Source: the human T2T-CHM13v2.0 reference genome, Homo sapiens. Taken from it: DNA of 64,000 bases. This document shows, piece by piece, positions 38,376-50,428 of this stretch. Made by a program: the position numbers and the translations under genes. The notes under the pieces were generated by a model. That model was given only the letters and a program-made list of their open reading frames with translations, ran no database searches and was not told the DNA's origin. Position 1 is the stretch's first letter. Each line of letters starts with the position of its first letter. The stretch is taken from NCBI RefSeq assembly GCF_009914755.1, contig NC_060932.1; one strand, written 5' to 3'.

Positions 38376-40129
38376 CGATCATTCACCAGTATAGCTTTGA
38401 GTGACAAGGGACTCACACAACAATCTGTCTTCAGATTCAAGGACGTGCTCTGCCTTCTCCACGTGGGAGTGTTGGAGAAAATGACTGCATCCTGTGCCTA
38501 TGCTGTCCCCTACACCTTTTCCTTTCCTTTGACTTTGTCCCTCTCACATCACCCCAGTGCAAGAATGTGCGGGCAGTCATGCCCAAAAGCGTGCACGTGC
38601 ACACACACAAACACACTGACATTATCTCCCTCTCTCACACACACAAACACACATAGCCTCTCCTTACTTAACTGTCTTTGGACTAGCCCTGTTTACATTT
38701 TGTCTCTCTAACTGGGACCTGCCAAGAACCTTCAAACCAGTGAAAAGGTTATTATACATTTTTGAAGTTTTTGTCCATGAAAAGAAAGAAATTCCTATGG
38801 AAAATTCCATTTCTTCTTTTTTATGTGAAGAAAATGGAAGACTGTAGTTGGCTGCTTAAACATATTAGAGTCTGTCATTAGTTAATAAAATATGTCCATG
38901 TTTACTGTTATTTGGGAAAATGTGTTGTGCCATACCAGATATTTTGTAGTAATTCCAAGCTGTCAAGATAGAGAAGTCCCAAGGAATTATTTTTAGTGTG
39001 ATTTTAAGCCCTGTGAAATTAGCTCCTTTTTGGACTCCAGTTAGTGCACTACAGCATGAGATCTTTTCCAAAACCTCACAACTGGTGCACCTCCTGGAGC
39101 TTGCATCCTGTGTCCCTGGCTAGTCAGCATGGCACTTGTGGTCAGGTGATAGTGAGGGGAAGCCTCCAGGAACTATTTCTACTAGCTCTGCTGGACTAAA
39201 TTAGTAATGCATTGTGCTTGATCCCTTCATGGAGGGAAGGTCTACCCTAGCCTTTCCTATTGTTTGTTTTTAGAACAACTCCCAAACATGACAGCATTTC
39301 CCAGGAAATGTTTCATATTGCATTGCACAGAGAATTAGCTAACAACGTTCTCACTTCTCATCTCATAATCTCGAGAACTCTTATTTTAAGAGATTTTAAA
39401 GATTTTTAAACTTGTATTTTATTTCATTTTAGATAAATTTTAAGAATATGTCTTGTGCAAAATAGTGCTTGTACTGGAGGAGAAACTTCGCTGGTTGCAT
39501 TTAAAATTCTAGAAGTTTGATGCTGGCTAATAAAGTAGGGCAGGGGAGGGTATAGCTGTGATTGCAGGCTTCTTCTTGTAGCTCAAACTATACCTTTGAG
39601 TAGATCACACAAATCTATATCTTTATGTGATCGAGGTATTTGTGCTATATTATTAGTTTTTAGAGTATAGCAGAACCATAGTTATATGAACCATTTAATG
39701 GGAATTAAGTGTTTAAAGATACTTATAAATATCTTTATGCCTCTGAATAGTGTGCTATTGTTACATGTTTCTGCTGGAGTAGATACTTTAAAACTAAATT
39801 TATTAGCTATTCTTACACATTTTCCTATAATGAGTATGCCTTTTCAAGCATGATTTTGATAAATATTTACTCTCTAAGAACGTATCACCCCGAGATTGTA
39901 ACACACACTAGATTGTTTTGAAGAATTCTTTCAAAACCCTCCTTGGTAAAAAGTTAGAAAAGGAAAAAAGTAGTTTTACTCTTGGTTATCATTCAATAGC
40001 ATCTAAGTGGAATTGATGTGCTACTTTTGAGGATTAGAAAGAAAAAAAACGATCCACTTTTTTCTTCTCACTTGCTTTTTCTAAGCAAATACGTATGATG
40101 GATTTAATTTATTTTCTTTTCTGCAACCA

Positions 40130-40350
40130 TTAGCTAATGACTCACCAATTTATATATTCTTCCCAGATCTTTCTCAAGCTCCAGTCTTGAATCCAACTTG
40201 CCATCTTCCTGTGAATGCTCTTCAAGCCCCTCAGGCCTATGTTGCTCCCAGACCTGCCCCTCCCATAGCTGACCTTACACAGTTGGTGGGCACCACCATG
40301 CACCCAGCTGGCCAAACCAGGCTTCTGTGGATTTCCTATGATTCCTAAAT
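40130..40350 (+). mobile_element. L2 fragment
   Basis: gctaatgactcaccaatttatat, tggtgggcaccaccatgcacccagctggccaaaccag. Confidence 0.7.
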
Positions 40351-41179
40351 TTTCTCAAGGGCTTTTTCTGACCACTTATTGCCATCTTTTGGGAAAAGAC
40401 TGTTAGTCTGGGCTGTTCTGTCATTCATTTTAGAAACAATCTTCATCTATTTTTGGACCCAATGATAATGAGTTCTGAAAATTTTCACCCATATATATCA
40501 GCCTAGTTACGGTCAGCCAAGTAAAGACATGACATGTGAAAGAACAAGGATGGAACCAAACCACCTTCCCTGTGTTCCTTTCACCTGCATGCACACAGGG
40601 GTCTCGCGGTGATAACTCAGCCTGTGTTTGAACTCCTGAGACATACACAAGGTGTTAGAGAGAAGTCACACTGTGTCACTGTCCTCCTGAGTCCTCTTGT
40701 TTGAGTGATGTAGGGGGGAGGATAAAGGCTCATTGCTCCAAAGGACTTCAGAAGAAGCATTCCATTAAGTGGGAAAAGTGGGACTTTCTAGTACATTGGG
40801 AAAAGAGTGAATATGCGCCTTTCATCTACCCGATTTCTTGTGCTGCCATTAATTTATTATGGCAATAGTCCAGGTGCAAAATGTTACCAAAGGCAAAGTG
40901 GTTTGAATCCCAGTTTGTTAACAAATAATATAATATTAAAACTGTGTTTCAAATGTGATTCATAAGGAATCAACATTTAAAATATAATTCCTGGGACTTC
41001 TAGATTTCTAGAGTAAGTATGTTAAACACTTATATATTCCTCTGATTACAAGAAATTGTTAACTATCCTCAAAGTTTTAATAAATGTATCTTCTTTTCAA
41101 ATAACTTAGTTTGTTTTTCTTGAAATTCAGTCATTATTGTTCTTAGGAGTCACTTGATTTCACCCCACTTTCCTTTTTT

Positions 41180-41512
41180 ATTGTCTCTTAAATTATAGAT
41201 CAGATAAGGCTATATTTAAGCATTTAATCAGTATAAAAGCTCATAAAGAGCCCTTCTCCTTCACCTTCCATTCTGTCCTAAGCTCACTACCTGCAAGGTG
41301 AAGATATGGTAGTTAACAGTGTGGGTTCCTCCAGGCCCTCCCAGCCATTGATACATTGCATTTGATAGAACATAATGGGAGCTGCCATAAGTCTTACGAA
41401 CTTTTTCTCTTCAGAACATGCACCTCGGCCTCCATGCTTCACTGTTACAGAGTATTCTACATATGGGAAGATCAAGTCATTTAACAATTCCTCCACTGCT
41501 GGTCATTTTAGT
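41180..41512 (-). mobile_element. old L1ME 3' fragment
   Basis: actgttacagagtattctacatatggga...atttaacaattcctccactgctggtcattttag. Confidence 0.5.
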
Positions 41513-41549
41513 AGGGGAAATAGATGGAGACAGTAGTAACCTACCCTGT

Positions 41550-42253
41550 GTCAAAACTACCTCTTAAGCATCTTTTCATTTTTTTCTCCTCCTTCACAAC
41601 CCTCCTGCCAGTACAGTTTAGGGTGCTATCTACTCATTTCTGAATTACTCTGACAACCTCTAACCAGTCTATCTCTTTTTCTACAGCTTTAATTCCTCTC
41701 TAATTCATTGTCACCTTGCCACCAGTGTGATTCTTTTCAATTGCAAATTTCGTTATATTGTTCCCAGATTATACTCTTTCAGTGGTGTAGGATGAAGCCC
41801 CTCACCTTAGCATGATATGTGTGGATGCCTATGGAAGAATCTTTCTTGTGTCTCCCTTCCCAATGCCCCTCTTTCCTTTCACCATGTGCATCCTGATGTC
41901 ACATGGAACTCTTTGTTGTTTTCTGTATATACTCTGACCCTACGTCAATGTTGTCAGCTTTGCTGCATTGTACATCTGGAAAAGCTTGCCCCATTTTGCC
42001 TGTCTTGTGAACTCCTCTGCACTCAATTCAAATGTCATCGTCACTTGCCTGGTCTTCTTTCACAGTTAGAGACCTCCTCTTCCCTGCTTCTGTAAGCTCT
42101 TGCACATATCTCTACTGTATGTATTTAAATGATTATCTCCTACGGGGACCATGTTTTATTAATTTTGATATCCCCTGGATCTGTCAAAATGCCTGAAAAC
42201 TAGTAGAGATAAACAAAATAAATATTTATTCAAGGAATGAATGCATGAGTGAA
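41550..42253 (+). mobile_element. L2 3' region with tail
   Basis: ccagtgtgattcttttcaattgcaaattt, ctcaattcaaatgtcatc, ggggaccatgttttatt, aataaatatttattcaaggaatgaatg. Confidence 0.8.
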
Positions 42254-43217
42254 CCAGGAGGATCTCTGCTTTGGGCAACTTGATCACTGGAAAATGGAAC
42301 TGAAAGGAAGGAGAGAGAGATATACAAAACATATGCAATTAATCAATTTTTTGGTCAACAGATTGAAAATCTACAGTATTTTTGAAAGACCAATAAAAAT
42401 GGTTGACAGTTTAGACTCAAAACTGTCAACCTGACCCCACTCCTCCCCATCTTCCCATCACCGTAGCCCCTCCTCTCACAGTCTCACATGGCCTGCTTGA
42501 CTTCAGGTTTTTCTGGGCCACACTCCTCATTGACGTACATCAGTGAGCATCTGCTTTCTCCTCACCTTTGGCCTGTGCTTAACATTCTCGTGACTCTTGC
42601 CACTTTGCTCAGCCTGACAGTCTGACACCTCCATCACAATGCTGATACAGATTGAAGAGGGAAGATGTAACATTTGTGGATATTATACCTCAGTTGAGAT
42701 CCAGGGGAACTGAGATTCAATTTGGATTTTGGATGCTATTGTATATTTTTTTAATGTACGAGCAGATTTGTGTTCCTTCAAATGTACTGTAATATTTGTT
42801 GCTGTTTTTAATTTGAAGGTTAAATTTTCAGAGTCTATTTTATCCAGGGACTTACCTAAAATTCTGGTAATTGATTCCAGATGAAGAGTGAGCATGGAAA
42901 TGTCTCTGTGGCTTGAACTGTGAGACTTCACATAACTGAGGATAAATAAAATGGAATCTAATACAAGAGTCATTTAGTTATGCCTTTCAATTCAGGAATT
43001 GTATTCAAACAATGAGGCACAGAAAATAGTTTCTAATTGCTAACTTTAAAAGAAATGATGTACAATTTAGGGCAATATTTTAAAAATGTAAATGTCTAGG
43101 TATTATCTGAAGCTTCATCATATACATGAAGAGTTATGTGATATTGTTTATTCTAATTGTATTTAATCACATTTCTAGCTCTAAGACTAAGAAAAGAAAT
43201 TCAGCTTGCAAATATTT

Positions 43218-43458
43218 TAATGATAATAAAACCTGTGACTATTGTATGTAGCGAGTATTTTATTTACATCATTTGATTTAAGCCTTACAACACATTCTGA
43301 GGTAGGCATTATTTTCTTTGCTTTGCTAATGAGAGCATGGGCATTCAGAGGTGACAGTGACATACCCAGGGTAAATAGCTCTTGAGTGAAAGGGCAGAGC
43401 CTTGACACCAGATCTGTCTGACTCAGAAGCCTGAACCATTGTCACTGGCCCATACTGC
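43218..43458 (-). mobile_element. MIRb
   Basis: ccttacaacacattctgaggtagg...cagaggtgacagtgacatacccaggg...gatctgtctgactcagaagcc. Confidence 0.8.
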
Positions 43459-43719
43459 TTGTCACCTGCCCATATGTGTTGCCTCCATGCTTAGAGTTGG
43501 AAGCATGTCAGAGTATATGAATTTAGCTCTCCTGCTTTGGAACTTTGATATATTTTAGCATCAAACTCCTTTGTAGGTTATCTTGTGTACTGAGTCACTA
43601 GATCGGTAGACTTAAAGAGATATAGGCTGTTTTGTTTTATTAATGTTCCATTTCTGCACTCACTCATCATTCTGCTTCCATTGTGATAAACAGAGAGGAA
43701 AAGAAATAATATCTGAGGC

Positions 43720-43876
43720 TTGTTTTTGGAGCCAGTTAAAATGCAGATTCCAGGGCCTCATCCCTCCAGATGTGTTTTAGTAAGGCTGAGATGGGGCCCA
43801 GTTGTTTAAATTAGTAACAAGCACCTCTGGTGTTTCTGATGTAGGTGCTACATTGAACAGACTCTGAGAAACACTG
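43720..43876. mobile_element. MER5A/MER5B hAT-Charlie MITE
   Basis: aaatgcagattccagggcctcatccc...atggggccca...taacaagcacc...tgagaaacactg. Confidence 0.8.
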
Positions 43877-43890
43877 TTTAGATTCTTGAA

Positions 43891-44182
43891 CAATGCTGTC
43901 CAAGAGAAAAATTATGTGGATCATAAATGGGTTATTTAAAATTTTATAGTACTCACACTTAAAAAGCAAAAAGGAACAGGCAAAGTAAATTTGAATTATC
44001 CCATGCGTTCAAAATATTATTTAAAGTGGCATCAATATAAAAGTTATTGAGCTACTTTAAAGTTTCTTCACGCCAAGTCTTTGAAGTATTTTGCAATTAG
44101 AGCACTTCTCAATTTGGTCCAGTCACATTTCAAGGGTTCAGTAGCCCCCTGTGGTTGGTGGATGCAATGTAGGAGAGTGCAG
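43891..44182 (-). mobile_element. MER33 hAT-Charlie MITE
   Basis: caatgctgtccaagagaaa ... cacatttcaagggttcagtagccccctgtggttggtgg...gagagtgcag; 8-bp TSD ttcttgaa/gtctggaa. Confidence 0.85.
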
Positions 44183-46264
44183 GTCTGGAACTAGAGAGAG
44201 GGACATTGTTGAGATTTGGTTTCCATGGCAAATCACGACTGAGGGCCAGATGAGTTAGCAAGCGTGTCTTCAAATCAATTGCTGTGTCAAGCATGGCACA
44301 CAAAGTGGAACTAAGCATGAAAACAAGTCTATTAGACTTGGGAGTGCCCTCCTGGAGGGGACGAAGAGAGGTAATAAAGCAACAGTATGAAGGAGACAGG
44401 GACTTTAGGTAAGGTGAGGGGACTCTCCCATCCTGGAGGCCAGGGCCAGGGTCCTGGGCCACATCCTTAGGTGTACTTTTGCTGGAGGGGAAGGCATGTG
44501 CGTAGGGAGAAGGCCCGGATAAATTTAGTCATTTGTACAATGAGAGTATCAGAAAAGATTGTCTCTAAATCCTCATTACTCAAATGAGATGATTCAGTGA
44601 CTACGAACTCTATGCTATGTGTACAACTAATGCTAATGTGTCCATTGTCTACCTTGAGAACATTTCTTTTGTATGATTGAGTTCCGTCAGCTCCTGGCCT
44701 TTTGGAATGGAAGTTTGAACTTTAACATGCAGTTTCCTTTGCTACAGTACACAGAAATCAAGTTTTATATCCATACCTAATTCTAATTCTTAAAGGGCCA
44801 GACCCCTTTCCCCAAAAGGCAGGTTTTAAATTGCACCAAAACAGAAGGCACCATAGCTTTGATACAAAAATATATGGTTGGTTAGCCACAAATTACATAA
44901 AAGCATGGCTTTTGAGTTGCATAAGAGGACTCTTTTGTGTTTTGCATTTGAAGTACATGTAAAGTCCCAAACTGCCAAAATATGAATAGCTGACAGAGGC
45001 ATTCTGCAGTTTGTGATTAATTAAATCTTTGAGTTCATCATTAGATGATAGCTCAGGTTGTTTAAGGCTGTTGGCATATGCAGTTTCATATATCAACACA
45101 TTCTAATGGTTCAAATACGTACCATCTTACCTTACACACTGATACAGACACACAGATGCATAACCAATCAATCATGACTAAGCTTGTATTCAATAAGAGT
45201 ACACAGATACATTGGCCAAAGAGGGGTGAGGTAAAGCTAGCTAGATGATATAGTACTCATAAACTATTAGGAGAAATGAAACACAACTTTTAAAAAGAGG
45301 CATATTTGCAAAGTCACAATATAATAAGTACATGAAGTGTTCAGAAAAGGGAGAGGTTATTCTGGGTCAGATTCATAAGAGTAAGATGCCTAAAACCAGC
45401 AGAACTTGAATTGGGGTTTGCTGCCGAGCCTAAAATTTCTGATACTATAGCCATGAGTCCACTGTATGATATAGTAGAGTTGATTTCAATAGTTGGGTAG
45501 AACTGCTGCAGGCACAGTAGCTGCCATATGCTTTTGGTGTTCCAGTATATTTCCCCCTTTAGCATGTGGTGAATGTCAAGTGGCAGGAGGAGTTTTCTTT
45601 TCTAGCTCTGGTGAGCTTGGATGCTAGACTCAAGGCTCAGAATAGCCCATGATTTCTCCACACCCAAAAGGGGATAGAGCGAGTGCTCTCCTCTACACAA
45701 AGGAAGGATGTGGGCTAGCGTGTTCTGTACCAGTAAAGATAGTGGAAGGAAGAAGAGGGGAAATTATAGATTAGAAACTCAAGTTCCACTTTTTGACACA
45801 ACTGCAAATCTGTTTATGGTCGTATTAATCTTCATAAGTAGTCGGCTGTAGCCTTCTTGATCTTAATTGTTCTGATGGTCAATAAAAATATAAATTTTAC
45901 TAATTTCTCAGCAATAATGATGCTAATTAAGTTCTAAAGCCCTTTTTATGGGAGCTTTGTACAAACAATGGTTCTGAGAAGAATAATTATTAACTATATG
46001 TGGAATTGCTTTGAAATAAAGTTCCTAACACCTATCAGTTACCAAATGGATTGCTGGGGTGCCCTCAAATACCACAGATGTTGTTAAGAAGCTTGAGAAA
46101 TTCTTTTCTTCACTGCATACAGATATTCCAGTTAGGTCCACGTGTTTATGAAGGAGTGGAAGGCTGTGTATTGGCACACTTTGAGATGTTTAGGGATAGT
46201 CACAACTGTTCTTTCTTTAAAACGTCTTCCTCACTGTCTATACCACGGTGTTTGGTGCTTCCTA

Positions 46265-46330
46265 ATTCTTTCCCTTCCTCCTCCTTCCCCTCCTTCCCTT
46301 CTTCCTCTTTCTCTTCCTCCACCTCCTCTT
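46265..46330 (+). repeat. CT-rich low-complexity tract
   Basis: direct reading. Confidence 0.8.
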
Positions 46331-47111
46331 ACCAGAACCTTGAAAATACCTGTTAAATGTAAATGTTTTCTATGTGGGATAAGACGCATCAACATTGACA
46401 ACAAGCATATATTTCAAATCCATGAATCATTACATTAATTATGAGACTGGGTCTAACATGCATGGAATTTAGGAAAGAAAGATGCATTTTACAGAAGTTA
46501 TCAATAGGGGCTAAAACATGGAGTGTGTTTGGGGAGGAGGTGCAGTGTGGGGGCTGTGAATAACTGGGTGGAATTGAAAGCATGAGGCGGTGAGTGTGAG
46601 AATTAGAGAGGGATGGTGGGTGGGCAGTTGCCCAAAAGAAGAAAAAATATGCAAAAAAGGGCAAGGTGACAGAAAGAACATGTTGCTTAAGGTCAAAATG
46701 CCATTTATCACTTACAGTGTTTCTCTTGTTACCAGGAAGCAGGCTAAGGGTCTTATGACTTATTTATTCACTGTGTCTTCTACAAAGGAATTAAAATTGA
46801 GAAGTCTCAGAAGAATATGTACATATTATTTAAAAAATGAATGAAGGCAAAGAAAAAAACAAAGGAATAAAGATACGAGAAAGGCTAGAAGTAGAAAGCA
46901 GATAGAAAAGAGTGCTGAAAATTCTTACATGATTACTAAATTGATTGGTTGACTCTGTTCTGAGCTTCTTGGTGGCAAACACCAAAAGAGGAGTAGGGTC
47001 ATTTATAAGGTTTATGTCGAAAGAAGAGACAATTTTCCAATGGAGCTATGTAAATTTTTCTCATAAAATCTTATAAAGTGAACAATGAATTAAGTAGCAG
47101 TTAAGTAAAGT

Positions 47112-47912
47112 CTAAGGGTTTAACATCCAGAATATACAAAGAATTCTTACCGGTCAACAGTATAAAGTCAAACAACCCAATTAAAAATTGGCAAAAGGTT
47201 TGAATAGCTATTTCTCCAAATAAGATATACAAATGACCAATAATAAGCATATAAAAGGATCATCATCATTAGTCACTGGAGACATGTAAATCAAAGCTAC
47301 AGTGATATACTACTTCACACTTATTAGGATGGCTATAATCAAAAAATCAGAAAATGAACGAATGTTGGCCAGGATTTTAAAAAAATTGTAACACTTGTAC
47401 GTTGCTGGCAGGAGTGTAAAATTGTTTAGCCCCTGTGGAGAATGGGGTGGTCGTCTAGTTCAGAAAGTTAAACACAGAATTACCATATGAGTCAGCAATT
47501 CAACTCAGACACCAAAGAACTGAAAATTGGTATTTTAATAAAAATTTGTACTTGAATTTTCACAGCAGCACTATTCATAACAGCCAAAAGGTAGAAACAA
47601 TCCAAATGTCCATTAACAAATGAATGGATAAGCAAAATGTGGTCTATCCATACAATGCAGAATTATTTGTCATAAAAAATAATGAGGTTCTGACGCTAAA
47701 ACATGGGTGAACCTTGAAAACATTAGGCTGGGTGAAAAAAAGGTCACATATTGTGTGATTCCATTTATATGAAACATCTAATATAGGTAAATTCATAAAT
47801 ACAGAAAGTAGATTCATGGTTTCTAATCAGTGATTGCTGGAGGGTGAGTAGGGGAAGGGGAATGACTGCTCAATGGACATTTTGAGATGATGAAACTGTT
47901 TTGGAAATAGAC
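47112..47912 (+). mobile_element. L1MB (L1MB7-like) ORF2 end plus partial 3'UTR, cut at its 3' side
   Basis: atccagaatatacaaagaa, cagcactattcataacagccaaaaggtagaaacaatccaaatgtcc, gaaccttgaaaacatta, tgagatgatgaaactgttttggaaataga. Confidence 0.9.
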
Positions 47913-49329
47913 GGTCCTGGACTTCTTTTTGTTGGTAATTTTTAAATTAGCATTTCAGTCTCGCTGCTTGTTATTGGTATGTTCAGGGTATCTAATTCTT
48001 CCTGATTTAAGCTAGGAGGGCTGTATTTTTCCAGGAATTTATCTATCTCTTGTAGGTTTTCTAGTTTATGTGGATAAAGGTGTTCATAGTAGCCTTGAAC
48101 AATCTTTTGTATTTCAGTGATGTCAGTTGTAATATTTCCTGTTTTGTTTCTTAATGAGGTTATTTGGATTTTCTTTCTTTGTTTCTTGGTTAATCTTGCC
48201 AATGGTCTATCAATTTTATATTTCTTTTCAGAGAAACAGGTTTTGTTTCATTTATCTTTTGCATTTTTTGTTTGTTTGTTTAAATTTCATTTAGTTCTGC
48301 TCTGATCTTGGTTATTTCCTTTCTACTGCTGGGTTTGGGTTTGGTTTGTTCTTGTTTCTCTAGTTCCTTGAGGTGTGACCTTAGATTGTCTGTTTGTGCT
48401 CTTTCAGACTTTTAGATGTAGGCGTTTAGGGCTATGAACTTTCCTCTTAGCACTGCCTTTGCTGTACCCCAGAGGTTTTGATAGGTTGTGTCATTATTGC
48501 CGTTCAGTTCAAAGTATTTTTAAATTTCCATCTTGATTTCGTTTTTGACCCAATGCTCATTTGGGAGCAGGTTATTTAATTTCCATGTATTTGCATGGTT
48601 TTGAAGGTTCCTTTTGGAGTTGATTCTGTTTCATTCCACTGTGGTCTGAGAGAGTGCTTGATATAATTTCAACTTTCTTAAATTTATTGAGGCTTGTTTT
48701 ATGGCCTATCATATGGTCTATCTTGGAGAAAATTCCATGTGCTGTTGAATAGAATGTGTACTCTGTGGGTTGTTGGATAAAATGTTCTGTATATATCTGT
48801 TAAGTCCATTTGTTCCAAGGTATACTTTAAATCCATTGTTTCTTTGTTGACTTTTTGTCTTGCTGACCTGTCTAGTGCTATCAGTGGAGGCTTGAAATCC
48901 CCCACTATTATTGTGCTGCTGTGTATCTCATTTCTTAGGTCTATTAGTAATTGTTTTATAAATTTGGGAGCTTCAGTGTTAGGTGCATATATGTTTAGGA
49001 CTGTGATATTTTCCTGTTGGACACAGCCTTTTACCATTATATATAATGTCCCTCTTTCTCTCTTTTAACTGTTGTGGCTTTAAAGTTTGTTTTGTCTGAT
49101 ATAAGAATAGCTACCTCTGCTTGCTTTTGGTGTCCATTCGCATGAAATGTCTTTTTCCACCCCTTTACTTTAAGTTTATGTGAGTCCTTATGTGTTAGGT
49201 GAGACTCCCGAATGCAGCAGATGGTTGGTGAGTTCTTATCCATTCTGCAGATCTGTATCTTTTAAATGGAGCATTTGGGCCATCTATATTCAATGTTTGT
49301 ATAAAAATGTGAGGTACTGTTGCATTCAT
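47913..49329 (-). pseudogene. disrupted L1 ORF2, endonuclease domain and linker only
   Basis: start MNATVPHI..TLN; EN motifs NIYAPN, IIVGDF, DLTDIYRT; split across several frames; ends before the RT domain. Confidence 0.9.
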
Positions 49330-49420
49330 TGTGCTCTTTTTTGCCTGTGTACTTTGTTTTTTGTTTGTTTTTTTTTTTTGCTTTTTAACTTGTATTTTTG
49401 TTTCATAGGTCCTGTGTGAT

Positions 49421-50428
49421 TTATGCTTCAAAGAGGTTCTGTTTTGATGTGTTTCCAGGATTTGTTTCAAGATTTAGAGCTCCTTTTAGCAGTTCTTGTA
49501 GTGCTTGGTAATAGTGAATTCTCTCAGTATTTGTTTGGCTCAGAAAGACTTTCCTTCATATATGATGCTTAGTTTAGGTGGATACAAAATTCTTGGCTAA
49601 TAATTGTTTTGTTTGAGGAGGCTGAAGATAGGGCCCCAGTACCTTCTAGCTTGTAGGGTTTCTGCTGAGAAATCTGCTGTTAATCTGATAAGTTTTCCTT
49701 ATAGGTTACCTGGTACTTCTGTCTCACTGCTCTTAAGATTCTTTCCTTCATCTTAACTTTGGATAACCTGAAGACAATGTGCCTAGGTGAAGATCTTTTT
49801 GCGATGAATTTCCTGGGTGTTCTTTGTGCTTTTTGTATTTAGATGGCTAGATCTCTAGCAATGCCAAGATATTTTTCCTCGATTTTCCCCCCAAATATAT
49901 TTTCCAAGCTTTTAGAATCTCTTCTTTCTCAGGAACACCAGTTATTCTTAGGTTTGGTCATTTAACATAATCCAACACTTCTTGGAGGCTTTGTTCATAT
50001 TTTCTTATTCTTTTTTCTTTGTCTTTGTTGGATTGGGTTAATTCAAATACCTTGTCTTTGAGCTCTGAATTTCTTGCTTCTACTTGTTCAATTCTGTTCC
50101 TGAGACTTTCCAGAGCATTTCACATTTCTAAAATTGTGTCCAAAGTTTCCTGAATTTTTGATTGTTTTTTCTTTAAGCTATCTATTTCCTTGAATATTTC
50201 TCCCTTCACTTCTTGTATCATTTTTTTGATTTCCTTGCATTGGGCTTTGTCTTTCTCTGGTCCCTCCTTGGTTAGCTTAATAACTAACCTCCTGAATTCT
50301 TTTTCAGGTAAATCAGGGATTTCTTCTTGGTTTGGATCCATTGCTGGTGAACAAGTGTGCTTTTTTAGGGGTATTTTAGAACCTTGTTTTGTCATATTAC
50401 CAGGGTTGGTTTTCTGGTTCCTTCTCAT
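49421..50428 (-). pseudogene. disrupted L1 ORF1 (RNA-binding chaperone)
   Basis: MRRNQKTNPGNMTKQGS...EFRRLVIKL; premature stop at 50120; C-terminus LQELLKGALNLE...FEA* ends at 49421. Confidence 0.9.

Noticed and set aside
44219-44232. RFX X-box-like gtttccatggcaaa
   Set aside because: A single imperfect motif without supporting context
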